A stretch of DNA of 64,000 nt. It comes from Oscillospiraceae bacterium (GTDB lineage Bacteria; Bacillota; Clostridia; Oscillospirales; Ruminococcaceae). The DNA lies in the NCBI GenBank assembly GCA_017560985.1, contig JAFZDX010000085.1, forward strand, positions 30,857 to 94,856, written 5' to 3'. Below, piece by piece: positions 26,880-35,695 of the stretch. Under the pieces are notes generated by a model. The model did no database searches, had not been told where the DNA came from, and saw only the letters and a program-made list of their open reading frames with translations. Position numbers and translations under genes: made by a program. How positions within the stretch are numbered: position 1 is the stretch's first letter; every line of letters starts with the position of its first letter.

Positions 26880-27296
26880 ATGATTACATTTAAACAGCTT
26901 AATCTTGACTGGAACGCAGAGCCAAATACACCCGAAGTGGAAATATATGTTGACGACAACAAGTGTACAGTGGAATTTTTTCTCAATGCATTTAAATATA
27001 AACAGTTTTCTGAAGAAGACAAGGCAAAACTTACTTTTTATAATTGCCATCAGTATAGATTTGGGGCGCCTAACGATGAGGGCTTTTACTCAGACAATCA
27101 GTCAAGATACAAAAAGTATGGTGTCAAGTGGGGCGAATTCTATCTGGTACATAATTCTGACTGGGAAGATAATTTCCCAAATCCGATTGTTGTGGGAGAA
27201 AAATCCGAAAACTTAAATCATTATCTGTTTTATTTCAGAGATGAAACTTTTGAGTGTATAGCTGAAAACTGCAGCGTTGAATTTATAACCAAGTAA
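26880..27296 (+). CDS. hypothetical protein (array member 5)
   Basis: 138 aa, LNLDWNAEPNTPEV N-terminus. It looks like a conserved-hypothetical type. Confidence 0.5.
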   Translation: MITFKQLNLDWNAEPNTPEVEIYVDDNKCTVEFFLNAFKYKQFSEEDKAKLTFYNCHQYRFGAPNDEGFYSDNQSRYKKYGVKWGEFYLVHNSDWEDNFPNPIVVGEKSENLNHYLFYFRDETFECIAENCSVEFITK

Positions 27297-27370
27297 ACTT
27301 GACAGGTGATATAAATGAAAATCATCAAAAAATGAGCCTATGGTATTTGAGTATTGATTTGGAGAAGACA

Positions 27371-27622
27371 ATGGAAAATATACATAAACAAATTGAAAAA
27401 ATAAAAAGCAAGGATGATTTCCTGACCTTTTTAAATCAGCTGTCAAAGGATTTCAGAGAAAACTCTGATGAATGGGAAAATAAACCGGCAGGTGAGTATA
27501 TCGAGGCAATGGCTTCATGGATAGAGGATTACTCAGCTTGCCCAAACAATGATATTGACTGGGATAGCCCGGACTACAAAACATTGGCAAAGATTTTATA
27601 TATGGGAAAAATTTACGAGTAG
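27371..27622 (+). CDS. hypothetical small protein (array member 6)
   Basis: 83 aa from the ATG at 27371, which has RBS ggaga. The listed TTG at 27299 has no RBS. Confidence 0.45.
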   Translation: MENIHKQIEKIKSKDDFLTFLNQLSKDFRENSDEWENKPAGEYIEAMASWIEDYSACPNNDIDWDSPDYKTLAKILYMGKIYE

Positions 27623-27628
27623 GATATT

Positions 27629-27739
27629 ATGGAACAATACAAGGTAACAGCTGCAGATATAAACAGCAATACAGAATCTGAAATCACAGTTTTTGTTGAT
27701 GAAGCGGAGACAGGTGAAGATATAATACAGGAGGTCTGA
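27629..27739 (+). CDS. 36-aa acidic micro-ORF (array member 7), not in the ORF track
   Basis: MEQYKVTAADINSNTESEITVFVDEAETGEDIIQEV*. It fills the whole gap between neighbours, and its 3' end carries the RBS of the next gene. Confidence 0.25.
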   Translation: MEQYKVTAADINSNTESEITVFVDEAETGEDIIQEV

Positions 27740-27741
27740 TT

Positions 27742-28788
27742 ATGAATAAACAACAGCTTAAAGCGGCAGAAAAAGCAATGAGAGACTGGCTGTCACACCC
27801 GGGAGAACTGGGAAAAGCTCCTTTAAAAATAGAATGTACCAAAGAATTTGACCTGCATGATTTGCATTATTACATTTTCAGATTCAAGGAAAAACTGCTT
27901 GGTGACTGGATGCTTGGTGTATGCGGCGGTTATGAGGTGGATTCTCTGGAACACTGCGGTCATGTTTTCAGTGATTTGAAGAAATATAACGACAAAACTG
28001 CAGTTGATGATTCTATAGAAATTGTTGAAAGAATCCGTGTATACTGGATGGAAAGAGTACGCAAGCAGGAAGAGCTGCAGGCAAAGCTGAAAGAAAATGC
28101 AGATTTTAGAACACAGGAAGAAATTGAGGCAGAGGCAATAAACGGTCAGTTTGTAAAAACAGAAAGCAGATTTTTTATAACAGTGGGGCAGATTGACTGC
28201 CCTACAGGCAGGATAGTTGTGGCAGACCCGCTGGCCTATCTGCCAAGCCCGCAGTTTTCACCTGTGTTGAAAGAAACTATCCCGGCAGGAAAATATGACG
28301 TGGAAGTTTCAGTCTGCAGACAAAATGATATAGGTCTCCGTATGTGTACTGCAAGACTTAAAGTAAAACAGACAGAAGCCGTTACATATAAAAAAGCAGC
28401 ATCAACCGACGAAAGTGCAATAAAACTGAAAGACGGTGTGCTGCATGGCTTCCCTGTAGATGCGGGAATGATGTGCTTCTGTGATGCGCAGGTTGCAGAT
28501 GAATACAGGGCATTTATAGATAAATGGTATGCCGAAAATCCCGATGGCAACCACTATGATGATTATTTTGCAGCTTTTTTTGCCGACAGCTATACAAAAA
28601 TGCCGGCTTATCAGCGAGAAGGCGGGGATTTTATAGAGTGGGCAAATCCGGACACAGGAAGCAGGCTTGTTATGATAGCTTCCGGCTTGGGTGACGGTTT
28701 TTACAACAGCTATTATGGCTATGATGCTGACGGAGAAATTTGCGAAATCATTGTACCTATGGTAAATCCTGCAATCTTTGGATGTTGA
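27742..28788 (+). CDS. DUF4241-like protein with an N-terminal extension (array member 8)
   Basis: 348 aa. The C-terminal half (GFPVDAGMMCFCD ... MIASGLGDGFYNSYYGYD) matches the DUF4241 pattern as I recall it. RBS aggagg. Confidence 0.55.
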   Translation: MNKQQLKAAEKAMRDWLSHPGELGKAPLKIECTKEFDLHDLHYYIFRFKEKLLGDWMLGVCGGYEVDSLEHCGHVFSDLKKYNDKTAVDDSIEIVERIRVYWMERVRKQEELQAKLKENADFRTQEEIEAEAINGQFVKTESRFFITVGQIDCPTGRIVVADPLAYLPSPQFSPVLKETIPAGKYDVEVSVCRQNDIGLRMCTARLKVKQTEAVTYKKAASTDESAIKLKDGVLHGFPVDAGMMCFCDAQVADEYRAFIDKWYAENPDGNHYDDYFAAFFADSYTKMPAYQREGGDFIEWANPDTGSRLVMIASGLGDGFYNSYYGYDADGEICEIIVPMVNPAIFGC

Positions 28789-28857
28789 TGTTAAGATAAA
28801 ATTTAAGCACAACAATGAAAATGTAAATTGGAAGTATCAGCGTGTGGAATTTACTGA

Positions 28858-28886
28858 TTGAAAAATAACATCATAAATGGTATAGT
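28858..28886 (+). promoter_or_regulatory. promoter of the Crp/Fnr-family gene
   Basis: TTGAAA, 17 nt, TGgTATAGT. Confidence 0.6.
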
Positions 28887-28926
28887 ATAAAGTAATGGTT
28901 AACAGTGATACAAAGAGGTGATTAAT

Positions 28927-29598
28927 ATGGACACAAAACAAAAAATAGAGTTTTTATCACAGTATCACGATTTCTGGGATCATCTCAGTGAAGAAGAAAA
29001 AGATTTTGTGTGCAGAAATACAGAATTGATTACATATCACCCGGGGCAGAATATTCACAGTGCGGATATACGGTGCGTTGGTGTCCTGTTTGTTAAAAAA
29101 GGTTGCCTGCGTGTATACATAATGAGCGAAGAAGGGAAAGAGGTTACACTTTATCGTGTAAATGCAGGGGAAGTATGTATTTTATCTGCTTCCTGTGTGC
29201 TGTCTGAAATCACTTTTGATGCATACGTTGACAGTGAAGACCAGTCAGAAGTTGTGGTTCTCAATGCTTTTGCTTTTGCAAAGATGATTAATAAAAATAT
29301 TTATGTAGAAAATTTTTCCAATAAAATGAAAGCAATCCGTTTTTCTGACGTTATGTGGACAATGCAGCAGATTCTGTTTTTCAGTTTTGATAAACGTCTT
29401 GCTATCTTTCTCTATGAAGAACTGATTAAAAACGGTCCTATCATCCGTTATTCCCATATGGAAATTGCAAAATATCTGGGCAGTGCCAGGGAAGTAGTTT
29501 CCCGTATGCTGAAATATTTTGAAAAAGATGGTATTGTTCTTGTTTCCAGAAAAGAAATAGAAATCATAGATAAAAAGAAACTTATGGAAAGACTGTAA
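28927..29598 (+). CDS. Crp/Fnr-family transcriptional regulator
   Basis: N-terminal cNMP-binding-like beta-roll and a C-terminal HTH (SHMEIAKYLGSAREVVSRMLKYFEKDGIV). Confidence 0.85.
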   Translation: MDTKQKIEFLSQYHDFWDHLSEEEKDFVCRNTELITYHPGQNIHSADIRCVGVLFVKKGCLRVYIMSEEGKEVTLYRVNAGEVCILSASCVLSEITFDAYVDSEDQSEVVVLNAFAFAKMINKNIYVENFSNKMKAIRFSDVMWTMQQILFFSFDKRLAIFLYEELIKNGPIIRYSHMEIAKYLGSAREVVSRMLKYFEKDGIVLVSRKEIEIIDKKKLMERL

Positions 29599-29605
29599 AT
29601 TTCAG

Positions 29606-29618
29606 GTGATTTAATCAC
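29606..29618. promoter_or_regulatory. inverted repeat GTGAT-TTA-ATCAC upstream of trxA
   Basis: Read directly, 8 nt after the regulator stop and ~70 nt before the trxA ATG. Confidence 0.35.
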
Positions 29619-29686
29619 AGTATATTTTTCTGTATTGTGATATATTATAGATAAAGAAAAATGATAATAAATAAAGGAGAACAATT

Positions 29687-29995
29687 ATGGCACTTGCACT
29701 CACAAACGAAAACTTTAACGAAATCATCAACGGCGACAAACCTGTTCTTGTTGACTTCTGGGCAACATGGTGTGGTCCATGCAAAATGCTGGCACCAACA
29801 ATCGAAGAACTGGCAGTAGAACTGGAAGGCGAAGTAGTTGTTGCTAAACTGGACGTAGACCAGGCACAGGATATCGCTATGAAATATGGCGTTATGAGCA
29901 TCCCAACAATGGTTCTGTTCAAAAATGGCGAAGAAGTAAGACGTACAGTTGGTTTCCAGCCAAAAGCAAGAATTCTTGATTTTATCAAAGGTTAA
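29687..29995 (+). CDS. trxA: thioredoxin
   Basis: WATWCGPCKM active site; 102 aa. Confidence 0.95.
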   Translation: MALALTNENFNEIINGDKPVLVDFWATWCGPCKMLAPTIEELAVELEGEVVVAKLDVDQAQDIAMKYGVMSIPTMVLFKNGEEVRRTVGFQPKARILDFIKG

Positions 29996-30007
29996 TTCAA
30001 AATTTTA

Positions 30008-30036
30008 CAGCCCCTGAAAAAGGGGCTGTTTTTTTC
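30008..30036 (+). terminator. rho-independent terminator of trxA
   Basis: cagcccct-gaaaa-aggggctg followed by ttttttt. Confidence 0.85.
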
Positions 30037-30099
30037 TCCGTTTTTTCACAAATATGTATTAAAATATAACCGGATGACAGAATATAAGTGGAGGTTATT

Positions 30100-31677
30100 A
30101 TGAAAACACTTTATTTTAACGGGGATATTATTACAATGACCAGCCAGCCAATGCCACAGGCTGTTTTATGTGAAAATGGTAAAATTATTGCGATAGGCAG
30201 CTATGAAATATTAAAAGAAAAAGCAGACACAATTGTTGATCTTGAAGGAAAAACAATGCTTCCTGCATTTATAGACGGCCACAGCCATTTTACAACAGTT
30301 GCAAATACCTTGGCTATTGCAGACCTTTCGCAAGCTAAAAGTGTGGAAGAAGTGACACATATATTGAAAAGTTTTATTGAAAATAAAAACACTGTCCAAA
30401 AAGATGAATTTATTGTAGGTTTCGGCTATGACAATAACTTTTTCACTGGAAAAGCACATCCTACAAAAGAAGACCTGGACAGTGTCACAACAAATTATCC
30501 GGTAGTTATTTCTCACGCCAGTGGTCATATGGGCGTTGCCAATACAAAAGCCCTTGAAATTATGGGTATCAATGAAAATATCCAGGATCCTGAAGGCGGT
30601 AAAATAGGCAGAAACAGTGACGGCAGTTTAAATGGATACCTGGAAGAAACAGCTTTTACATCCAACACTGCTGTTATAAAACAACCAGATTATGCCGATA
30701 TGTGTGAATTTATAAAGCAAGCACAGCAGATGTATTTCAAGTACGGAATTACTACAATACAGGATGGGTTTACAGGGCTGAAAGAATGGGGATTATTAAA
30801 GAAACTGTCAAATGACGGTAAACTTACAGCAGATATTGTTGCATATGTGGATATAAACAGCTGTCCGCAAATACTGGAAAACAACAAACAATATAATAAA
30901 ACATATAAAAATAATCTTAAAATAGGTGGTTATAAACTGTTTCTTGATGGCTCGCCACAGGGGAAAACAGCCTGGATGACACAGCCTTATGAGAACAGTG
31001 GTAATTACTGCGGTTATCCGATATACAATGATAAACAGGTGCAGGATTTTGTAAAGAAAGCTATTGTTGAACAGCAACAGCTTTTATGCCACTGTAACGG
31101 AGATGCAGCAGCACAGCAGTTTATAGATGCATATGAAACAGTAGATAAACGGCTGGAAACAGCTGAAAATTTTAGACCGGTTCTTATTCACGGTCAGCTG
31201 GCTACACCGGATCAGATGTCACAGCTTAAGCCACTGGGAATGATAGTATCTTTCTTTGTTGCACATACATGGCAGTGGGGAGATATTCATATCGAAAATT
31301 TTGGCGAAAGGGCAATGAATATATGCCCGGTAAACACAGCGATTGATAACGATGTAATTACTACCTTTCATCAGGACAGCCCTGTACTTCCTCCAGATAT
31401 GATGCATACTGTGTGGTGCGCAGTAAACAGAATTACACAAAAAGGTGTTATGTTGGAACAAAAAGAAGCGATATCTGTTTATGATGCACTTAAATCGATT
31501 ACAATAAATGCAGCATACCAGTATGGGGAGGAAAATACAAAAGGCACAATAGAAATTGGAAAAGATGCCAGCTTTGTAATACTTTCTGATAATCCGCTAT
31601 TATGTGATAAAAATGAAATTAATAAAATAAAAGTTATCCAGACTATATTGAGAAACGAAATTGTATTCAAATTATAA
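30100..31677 (+). CDS. amidohydrolase-3 (YtcJ-like) metal-dependent hydrolase
   Basis: LPAFIDGHSHF metal motif; ~525 aa. ggagg precedes the ATG at 30100. Confidence 0.75.
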   Translation: MKTLYFNGDIITMTSQPMPQAVLCENGKIIAIGSYEILKEKADTIVDLEGKTMLPAFIDGHSHFTTVANTLAIADLSQAKSVEEVTHILKSFIENKNTVQKDEFIVGFGYDNNFFTGKAHPTKEDLDSVTTNYPVVISHASGHMGVANTKALEIMGINENIQDPEGGKIGRNSDGSLNGYLEETAFTSNTAVIKQPDYADMCEFIKQAQQMYFKYGITTIQDGFTGLKEWGLLKKLSNDGKLTADIVAYVDINSCPQILENNKQYNKTYKNNLKIGGYKLFLDGSPQGKTAWMTQPYENSGNYCGYPIYNDKQVQDFVKKAIVEQQQLLCHCNGDAAAQQFIDAYETVDKRLETAENFRPVLIHGQLATPDQMSQLKPLGMIVSFFVAHTWQWGDIHIENFGERAMNICPVNTAIDNDVITTFHQDSPVLPPDMMHTVWCAVNRITQKGVMLEQKEAISVYDALKSITINAAYQYGEENTKGTIEIGKDASFVILSDNPLLCDKNEINKIKVIQTILRNEIVFKL

Positions 31678-31682
31678 AGCAA

Positions 31683-31716
31683 AACTCTGCCATAAAATAT
31701 GGCAGAGTTAATTTTA
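31683..31716 (+). terminator. rho-independent terminator
   Basis: aactctgccata-aaa-tatggcagagtt stem. Confidence 0.7.
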
Positions 31717-31831
31717 TCTCCTTGTATTTTTATTGGCTATTTGGTAAGATAAAAGTATGAATTATTTGAAGGAAGATTGTAATTACAGTTTTCCAACGGA
31801 TTAAAACTTTTAATTAAGAAAGGAAAACATT

Positions 31832-32806
31832 ATGCTCAAAAGACCTTTGATTATTGACTGTGACCCTGGCATAGATGATGCTGAATGTATTATGATGGTT
31901 CAGGGCAGCGGTCAGTTTGATATCCGTGGTATCACTGCTGTTCACGGCAATGTTCCACTTTCCAAAACATCTGCAAATGCATTGTTTTTAAGCAAACTTT
32001 ATGGCATAGATTGCCCTGTATACCTTGGTTCTGAAGAAGCTTTTATTCAGCGACTTTCACGTGCTGAATATGTACACGGCAACAACGGCCTTATCGGTTT
32101 TGATTATACACTGCCTGAAGATGCTAAATTTGCAGAAGGTCACGCCTGGGACTTTATCTGGGAAGAAGCCGTAAAACAGAATGGTGAACTGGAAATTCTG
32201 GCTATTGGTCCGCTTACTAACCTTGCTATTGCTGTTATGAAATACCCACAGCTGCCTAAACTGGTTAAAAAACTGGTTATTATGGGCGGTGCAGCTGGCA
32301 GCGGTAACTTTGGTGTTTACTCCGAATACAACATTGCACAGGACCCACATGCCTGTGAAATTGTTCTCCAGGCTGGTTTTGCTGATTTTACAATGGTTGA
32401 CCTTAATGCTTGCCATATGGTTCATCTGACAAAAGAAGAAGCTGATGCACTGCGCACACTGCCAGAAACAAATAAATTTGCAGCATTGGCAAAACGGATG
32501 ATGAAACACGAAGACAGCAACAGAGCCAAACTTGCTGAAAGAGGCCAGGGTACATTCGTGTCAGAAGACCACTACACATGTGACCCTGTTGCAGCAGCAG
32601 TTCTTATTGATGAATCCATCGGTCAGTATGTGGAAAAATATGCATTCTGTGACTGCGTTGGCGAAATGACAACAGGTCAGACAGTTATTGACTGGCTGGG
32701 ATTTGCTCCATTTAAAAATGTGAAAATTCCTGTTGCAATGGACAGAGAAAAATTTGTTAAAATGTACTTTGACTGTGTAAAATCCTACGATAAGGAGGAA
32801 TGCTGA
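31832..32806 (+). CDS. nucleoside hydrolase (IU-NH family), DCDPG-type, divergent
   Basis: LIIDCDPGIDDAECIMM, GPLTNLA, SEYNIAQDPHA. Confidence 0.85.
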   Translation: MLKRPLIIDCDPGIDDAECIMMVQGSGQFDIRGITAVHGNVPLSKTSANALFLSKLYGIDCPVYLGSEEAFIQRLSRAEYVHGNNGLIGFDYTLPEDAKFAEGHAWDFIWEEAVKQNGELEILAIGPLTNLAIAVMKYPQLPKLVKKLVIMGGAAGSGNFGVYSEYNIAQDPHACEIVLQAGFADFTMVDLNACHMVHLTKEEADALRTLPETNKFAALAKRMMKHEDSNRAKLAERGQGTFVSEDHYTCDPVAAAVLIDESIGQYVEKYAFCDCVGEMTTGQTVIDWLGFAPFKNVKIPVAMDREKFVKMYFDCVKSYDKEEC

Positions 32807-32807
32807 T

Positions 32808-33761
32808 ATGCTTAAAAGACCAATTATTATGGACGTTGACACAGGTGTTGACGATACTTTGGCACTGCTGTTGGTTGCAGGCTCTGACAAACTGGACCTG
32901 AAAGCAATCACAACAGTATTCGGCAATTCATCTGTTGAAGATACTACAAAAAACACACTTAAAATCTGTGAACTGCTTAAACTGGATGTGCCTGTGGCTG
33001 CAGGTGCATACCGCCCTGTTATCGACCCACCAATCGATTATTCTGTTGCACCAATGGTAGACATCCATGGTCGTGATGGTTTGGGCAATGTGGGCAACAG
33101 ACTTCCTGAACCAGTAAAAACAGTTGTTGATATGCCTGCAGTTGATCTTATGGCTAAAGCAATCAGAGAAAGCGAAGAAAAGGTTACTATCGTTGCTACA
33201 GCCCCACTTACAAACATTGCTACATTTATTATGGCTTATCCAGAACTGCGTAGCAAAGTTGAATGTATTGCTCTTATGGGCGGTGCAGCATTTGGCGGCA
33301 ATATGGGTTTCTCTGTTGAAGCAAACATAGGTCACGACCCAGACGCTGCAAAAATTGTATTTATGAGCGATATTCCTAAATATATGTTCAGTCTTGATGC
33401 TACAATGGGCTGCTTCATTACAGACGATGAAAGACAGGCGATCGCTGACAATGGTGGTGAAACAGGTGTATGGCTGAAAGACTGTATGCAGCAGTATTCA
33501 GACATCTACAAAGCTCTTGGCGGTCTGCCAGGTGCTGTACTCCATGACTCACTGCCAGTAGCCTGGTTGCTGGATGAATCAGTTGTTGAATTTACACACT
33601 GTTATGTTGATGTAGAACTGAAAGGTGTAAAAACTCGTGGCTGTACAGTTACTGACCTTGCCAACTATACAGGTAAAGCCCCAAATACATATGTTTCGAT
33701 GAAAGCAGACAGAGAAAAACTTATCAATATGCACATTGAAGCAGTTAAAAAATTTAAATAA
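32808..33761 (+). CDS. nucleoside hydrolase (IU-NH family), DVDTG-type, divergent
   Basis: IIMDVDTGVDDTLALLL, APLTNIA, VEANIGHDPDAA. It starts 1 nt after the upstream stop. Confidence 0.85.
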   Translation: MLKRPIIMDVDTGVDDTLALLLVAGSDKLDLKAITTVFGNSSVEDTTKNTLKICELLKLDVPVAAGAYRPVIDPPIDYSVAPMVDIHGRDGLGNVGNRLPEPVKTVVDMPAVDLMAKAIRESEEKVTIVATAPLTNIATFIMAYPELRSKVECIALMGGAAFGGNMGFSVEANIGHDPDAAKIVFMSDIPKYMFSLDATMGCFITDDERQAIADNGGETGVWLKDCMQQYSDIYKALGGLPGAVLHDSLPVAWLLDESVVEFTHCYVDVELKGVKTRGCTVTDLANYTGKAPNTYVSMKADREKLINMHIEAVKKFK

Positions 33762-33771
33762 TAAATGATTA

Positions 33772-33807
33772 AAAGCCGACAGGGAGTACCTGTCGGCTTG
33801 ATTTTTT
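33772..33807. terminator. bidirectional terminator
   Basis: aagccgacagg-gagta-cctgtcggctt with tttttt on plus and tttt on minus. Confidence 0.85.
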
Positions 33808-35254
33808 ATAAAAGTATTGTGTTGAAATCTTCTGTTTCAAGAGTTGTCAGCTGTTCATCGTTTATTGAATCAAGTGCGGCCAGTCTGTTTGCCTGGTTGA
33901 TAAGGGCTTTTTCAAAGAAGTTTCTTACATCACGGCCGTTTGCATAGTTTGCAGGGCGGTTTTCACAGCGTCTTGTAAAGAACTCTTTGGCGAATTTTTC
34001 TGCTTCTTCACTTAAAACAAGATCAGCTTTTTTAGCATTCAGTTTAAGAATACCTATAAGTTCATCAGGAGTATAATCTTCAAAGTAAAGATATTTATTG
34101 AAACGGGATTTAAGACCAGGATTGGAATTTAAAAATTCTTCCATTGGTGCAGGGTAGCCGGCTACTATTACAATCAGGTCGTCACGGTTATCTTCCATAT
34201 ATTTCAGCAGGGTGTCTACCGCTTCAAAACCATAGTCGGTGGCTCCTCTGTTTACAGTCAGTGAATATGCTTCATCAATAAACAATACACCGCCTTTGGC
34301 TTTTGCACAAACTTCATTTACCTTTATAGCAGTCTGGCCTACATAGCCGCCTACAAGGCCTGAACGGTCTACTTCTACCAGATGGCCTTTGGACAATAAA
34401 CCCATTGCTTTATAAATCTGGGCCAGCAAACGGGCAATAGTAGTTTTACCTGTGCCTGGATTACCACTGAAAACCATATGCAGGCTCATATCAGGGCTGT
34501 CCATACCACGTTCCTGTCTGATTTTTCTGATTTTCACCAGATTAATAAGACTTTTTACATCTTCTTTTACTTTTTCCAGACCGATAAGTGTATTAAGTTC
34601 CTCCAATAATTCTTCCAGAGTTTTTTCAGGCTCTTTTTCTTCTTCGGTTTCCTGTATCTGGACGGTGTTTTCTTCTTTCGCAGTATCAACAGAAGGTGAA
34701 ACAGATGTAAAGCTATTTGGCTTTGCAATATTGTTTTCTTTTTCGGCCAGATTGCCAAAGGTCATATTTACGCTATCGATAAATGTTTTGTCGATATAAT
34801 CCTGCATATTATCGCAGAAAAGTTTAAGAGAAAAGCTTTCTGTCTGTCCATTGCCGTCACAGGAGGTGAATTCCTGGCCCAGCAGTTTATAAAGTGAAAG
34901 AATCAGCTTGGATGTTTCCTTTACATCGTTGATGTTGTTATCGGCTTTTACAAACGCTTTGAAACAATATGGAAGTTTGTTGGTAAAATCAGAGCCATAT
35001 ACTCTGTTTGCTATGGCATACTCTCTCATTTCTTTTACAGAATATTTATAGCCAAGATATTTTTCAATAAAAAGGGATTCTTTTCCTGTAATTTTACCGT
35101 CTGCAAAACTCAGGTTAAGCAAAAAATGAAAAAGTTCACCGCGAAATATTTCTCTGGCAGGTGCAGTGTTTGCTTTATCCCACACATCTGTTTTTTCCAG
35201 ATTGTCGCATAATTTATAGGCAGTTTCAATTACTGATTTAAGTTTTTCACTCAT
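33806..35254 (-). CDS. SpoVK/CbbX-type AAA+ ATPase with an N-terminal TerB-like domain
   Basis: Walker A GNPGTGKTT, Walker B VLFIDEAY, LIGLEKVKEDV lead-in typical of the SpoVK family. N-terminal SFADGKITGKE resembles TerB/DjlA-N. An acidic linker joins the domains. Confidence 0.8.
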   Translation of the reverse strand: MSEKLKSVIETAYKLCDNLEKTDVWDKANTAPAREIFRGELFHFLLNLSFADGKITGKESLFIEKYLGYKYSVKEMREYAIANRVYGSDFTNKLPYCFKAFVKADNNINDVKETSKLILSLYKLLGQEFTSCDGNGQTESFSLKLFCDNMQDYIDKTFIDSVNMTFGNLAEKENNIAKPNSFTSVSPSVDTAKEENTVQIQETEEEKEPEKTLEELLEELNTLIGLEKVKEDVKSLINLVKIRKIRQERGMDSPDMSLHMVFSGNPGTGKTTIARLLAQIYKAMGLLSKGHLVEVDRSGLVGGYVGQTAIKVNEVCAKAKGGVLFIDEAYSLTVNRGATDYGFEAVDTLLKYMEDNRDDLIVIVAGYPAPMEEFLNSNPGLKSRFNKYLYFEDYTPDELIGILKLNAKKADLVLSEEAEKFAKEFFTRRCENRPANYANGRDVRNFFEKALINQANRLAALDSINDEQLTTLETEDFNTILL

Positions 35255-35592
35255 TTTGATTTCCTCGGTTTCTTTTGTGTCAGCAGATAACTTGCATAAA
35301 GCATATCTGTTATATTTTCTTCTGTTGCATCTTTGCCTATTATAACTGTGCTCCAGTGTTCCTTGTTCATATGGTACGCGGGCGTTACTGCTTCAAAACT
35401 TTCTCTCCACAGCATACCCCACTGAGGGTCATTTTTAAAGTTTATACATATGTTGCCCTGTCTTTCATATATAAGGGCGAAAATCTTTTTGTTATCTTTA
35501 TGTCTTATAGCAGCCCACAATCCCTGGTCAAAAGGGTAGTCCAGATATGTGTTTTCAAAGCTGAGACATTTATTTATATAATAGTTTATCAT
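35251..35592 (-). CDS. MmcQ/YjbR-family protein
   Basis: 113 aa with an LDYPFD...W..IRH...KIFA...HMNKEHW pattern. The stop overlaps the AAA+ start (ATGA). Confidence 0.7.
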   Translation of the reverse strand: MINYYINKCLSFENTYLDYPFDQGLWAAIRHKDNKKIFALIYERQGNICINFKNDPQWGMLWRESFEAVTPAYHMNKEHWSTVIIGKDATEENITDMLYASYLLTQKKPRKSK

Positions 35593-35695
35593 AATATTAA
35601 CTTTAAACTAAAGCGGTTAAACTGTCAATCATTACTTGCTATCAAAAATTATGAATTGTATAATATATTTATAAATTAAAATATTTGGGGATATT

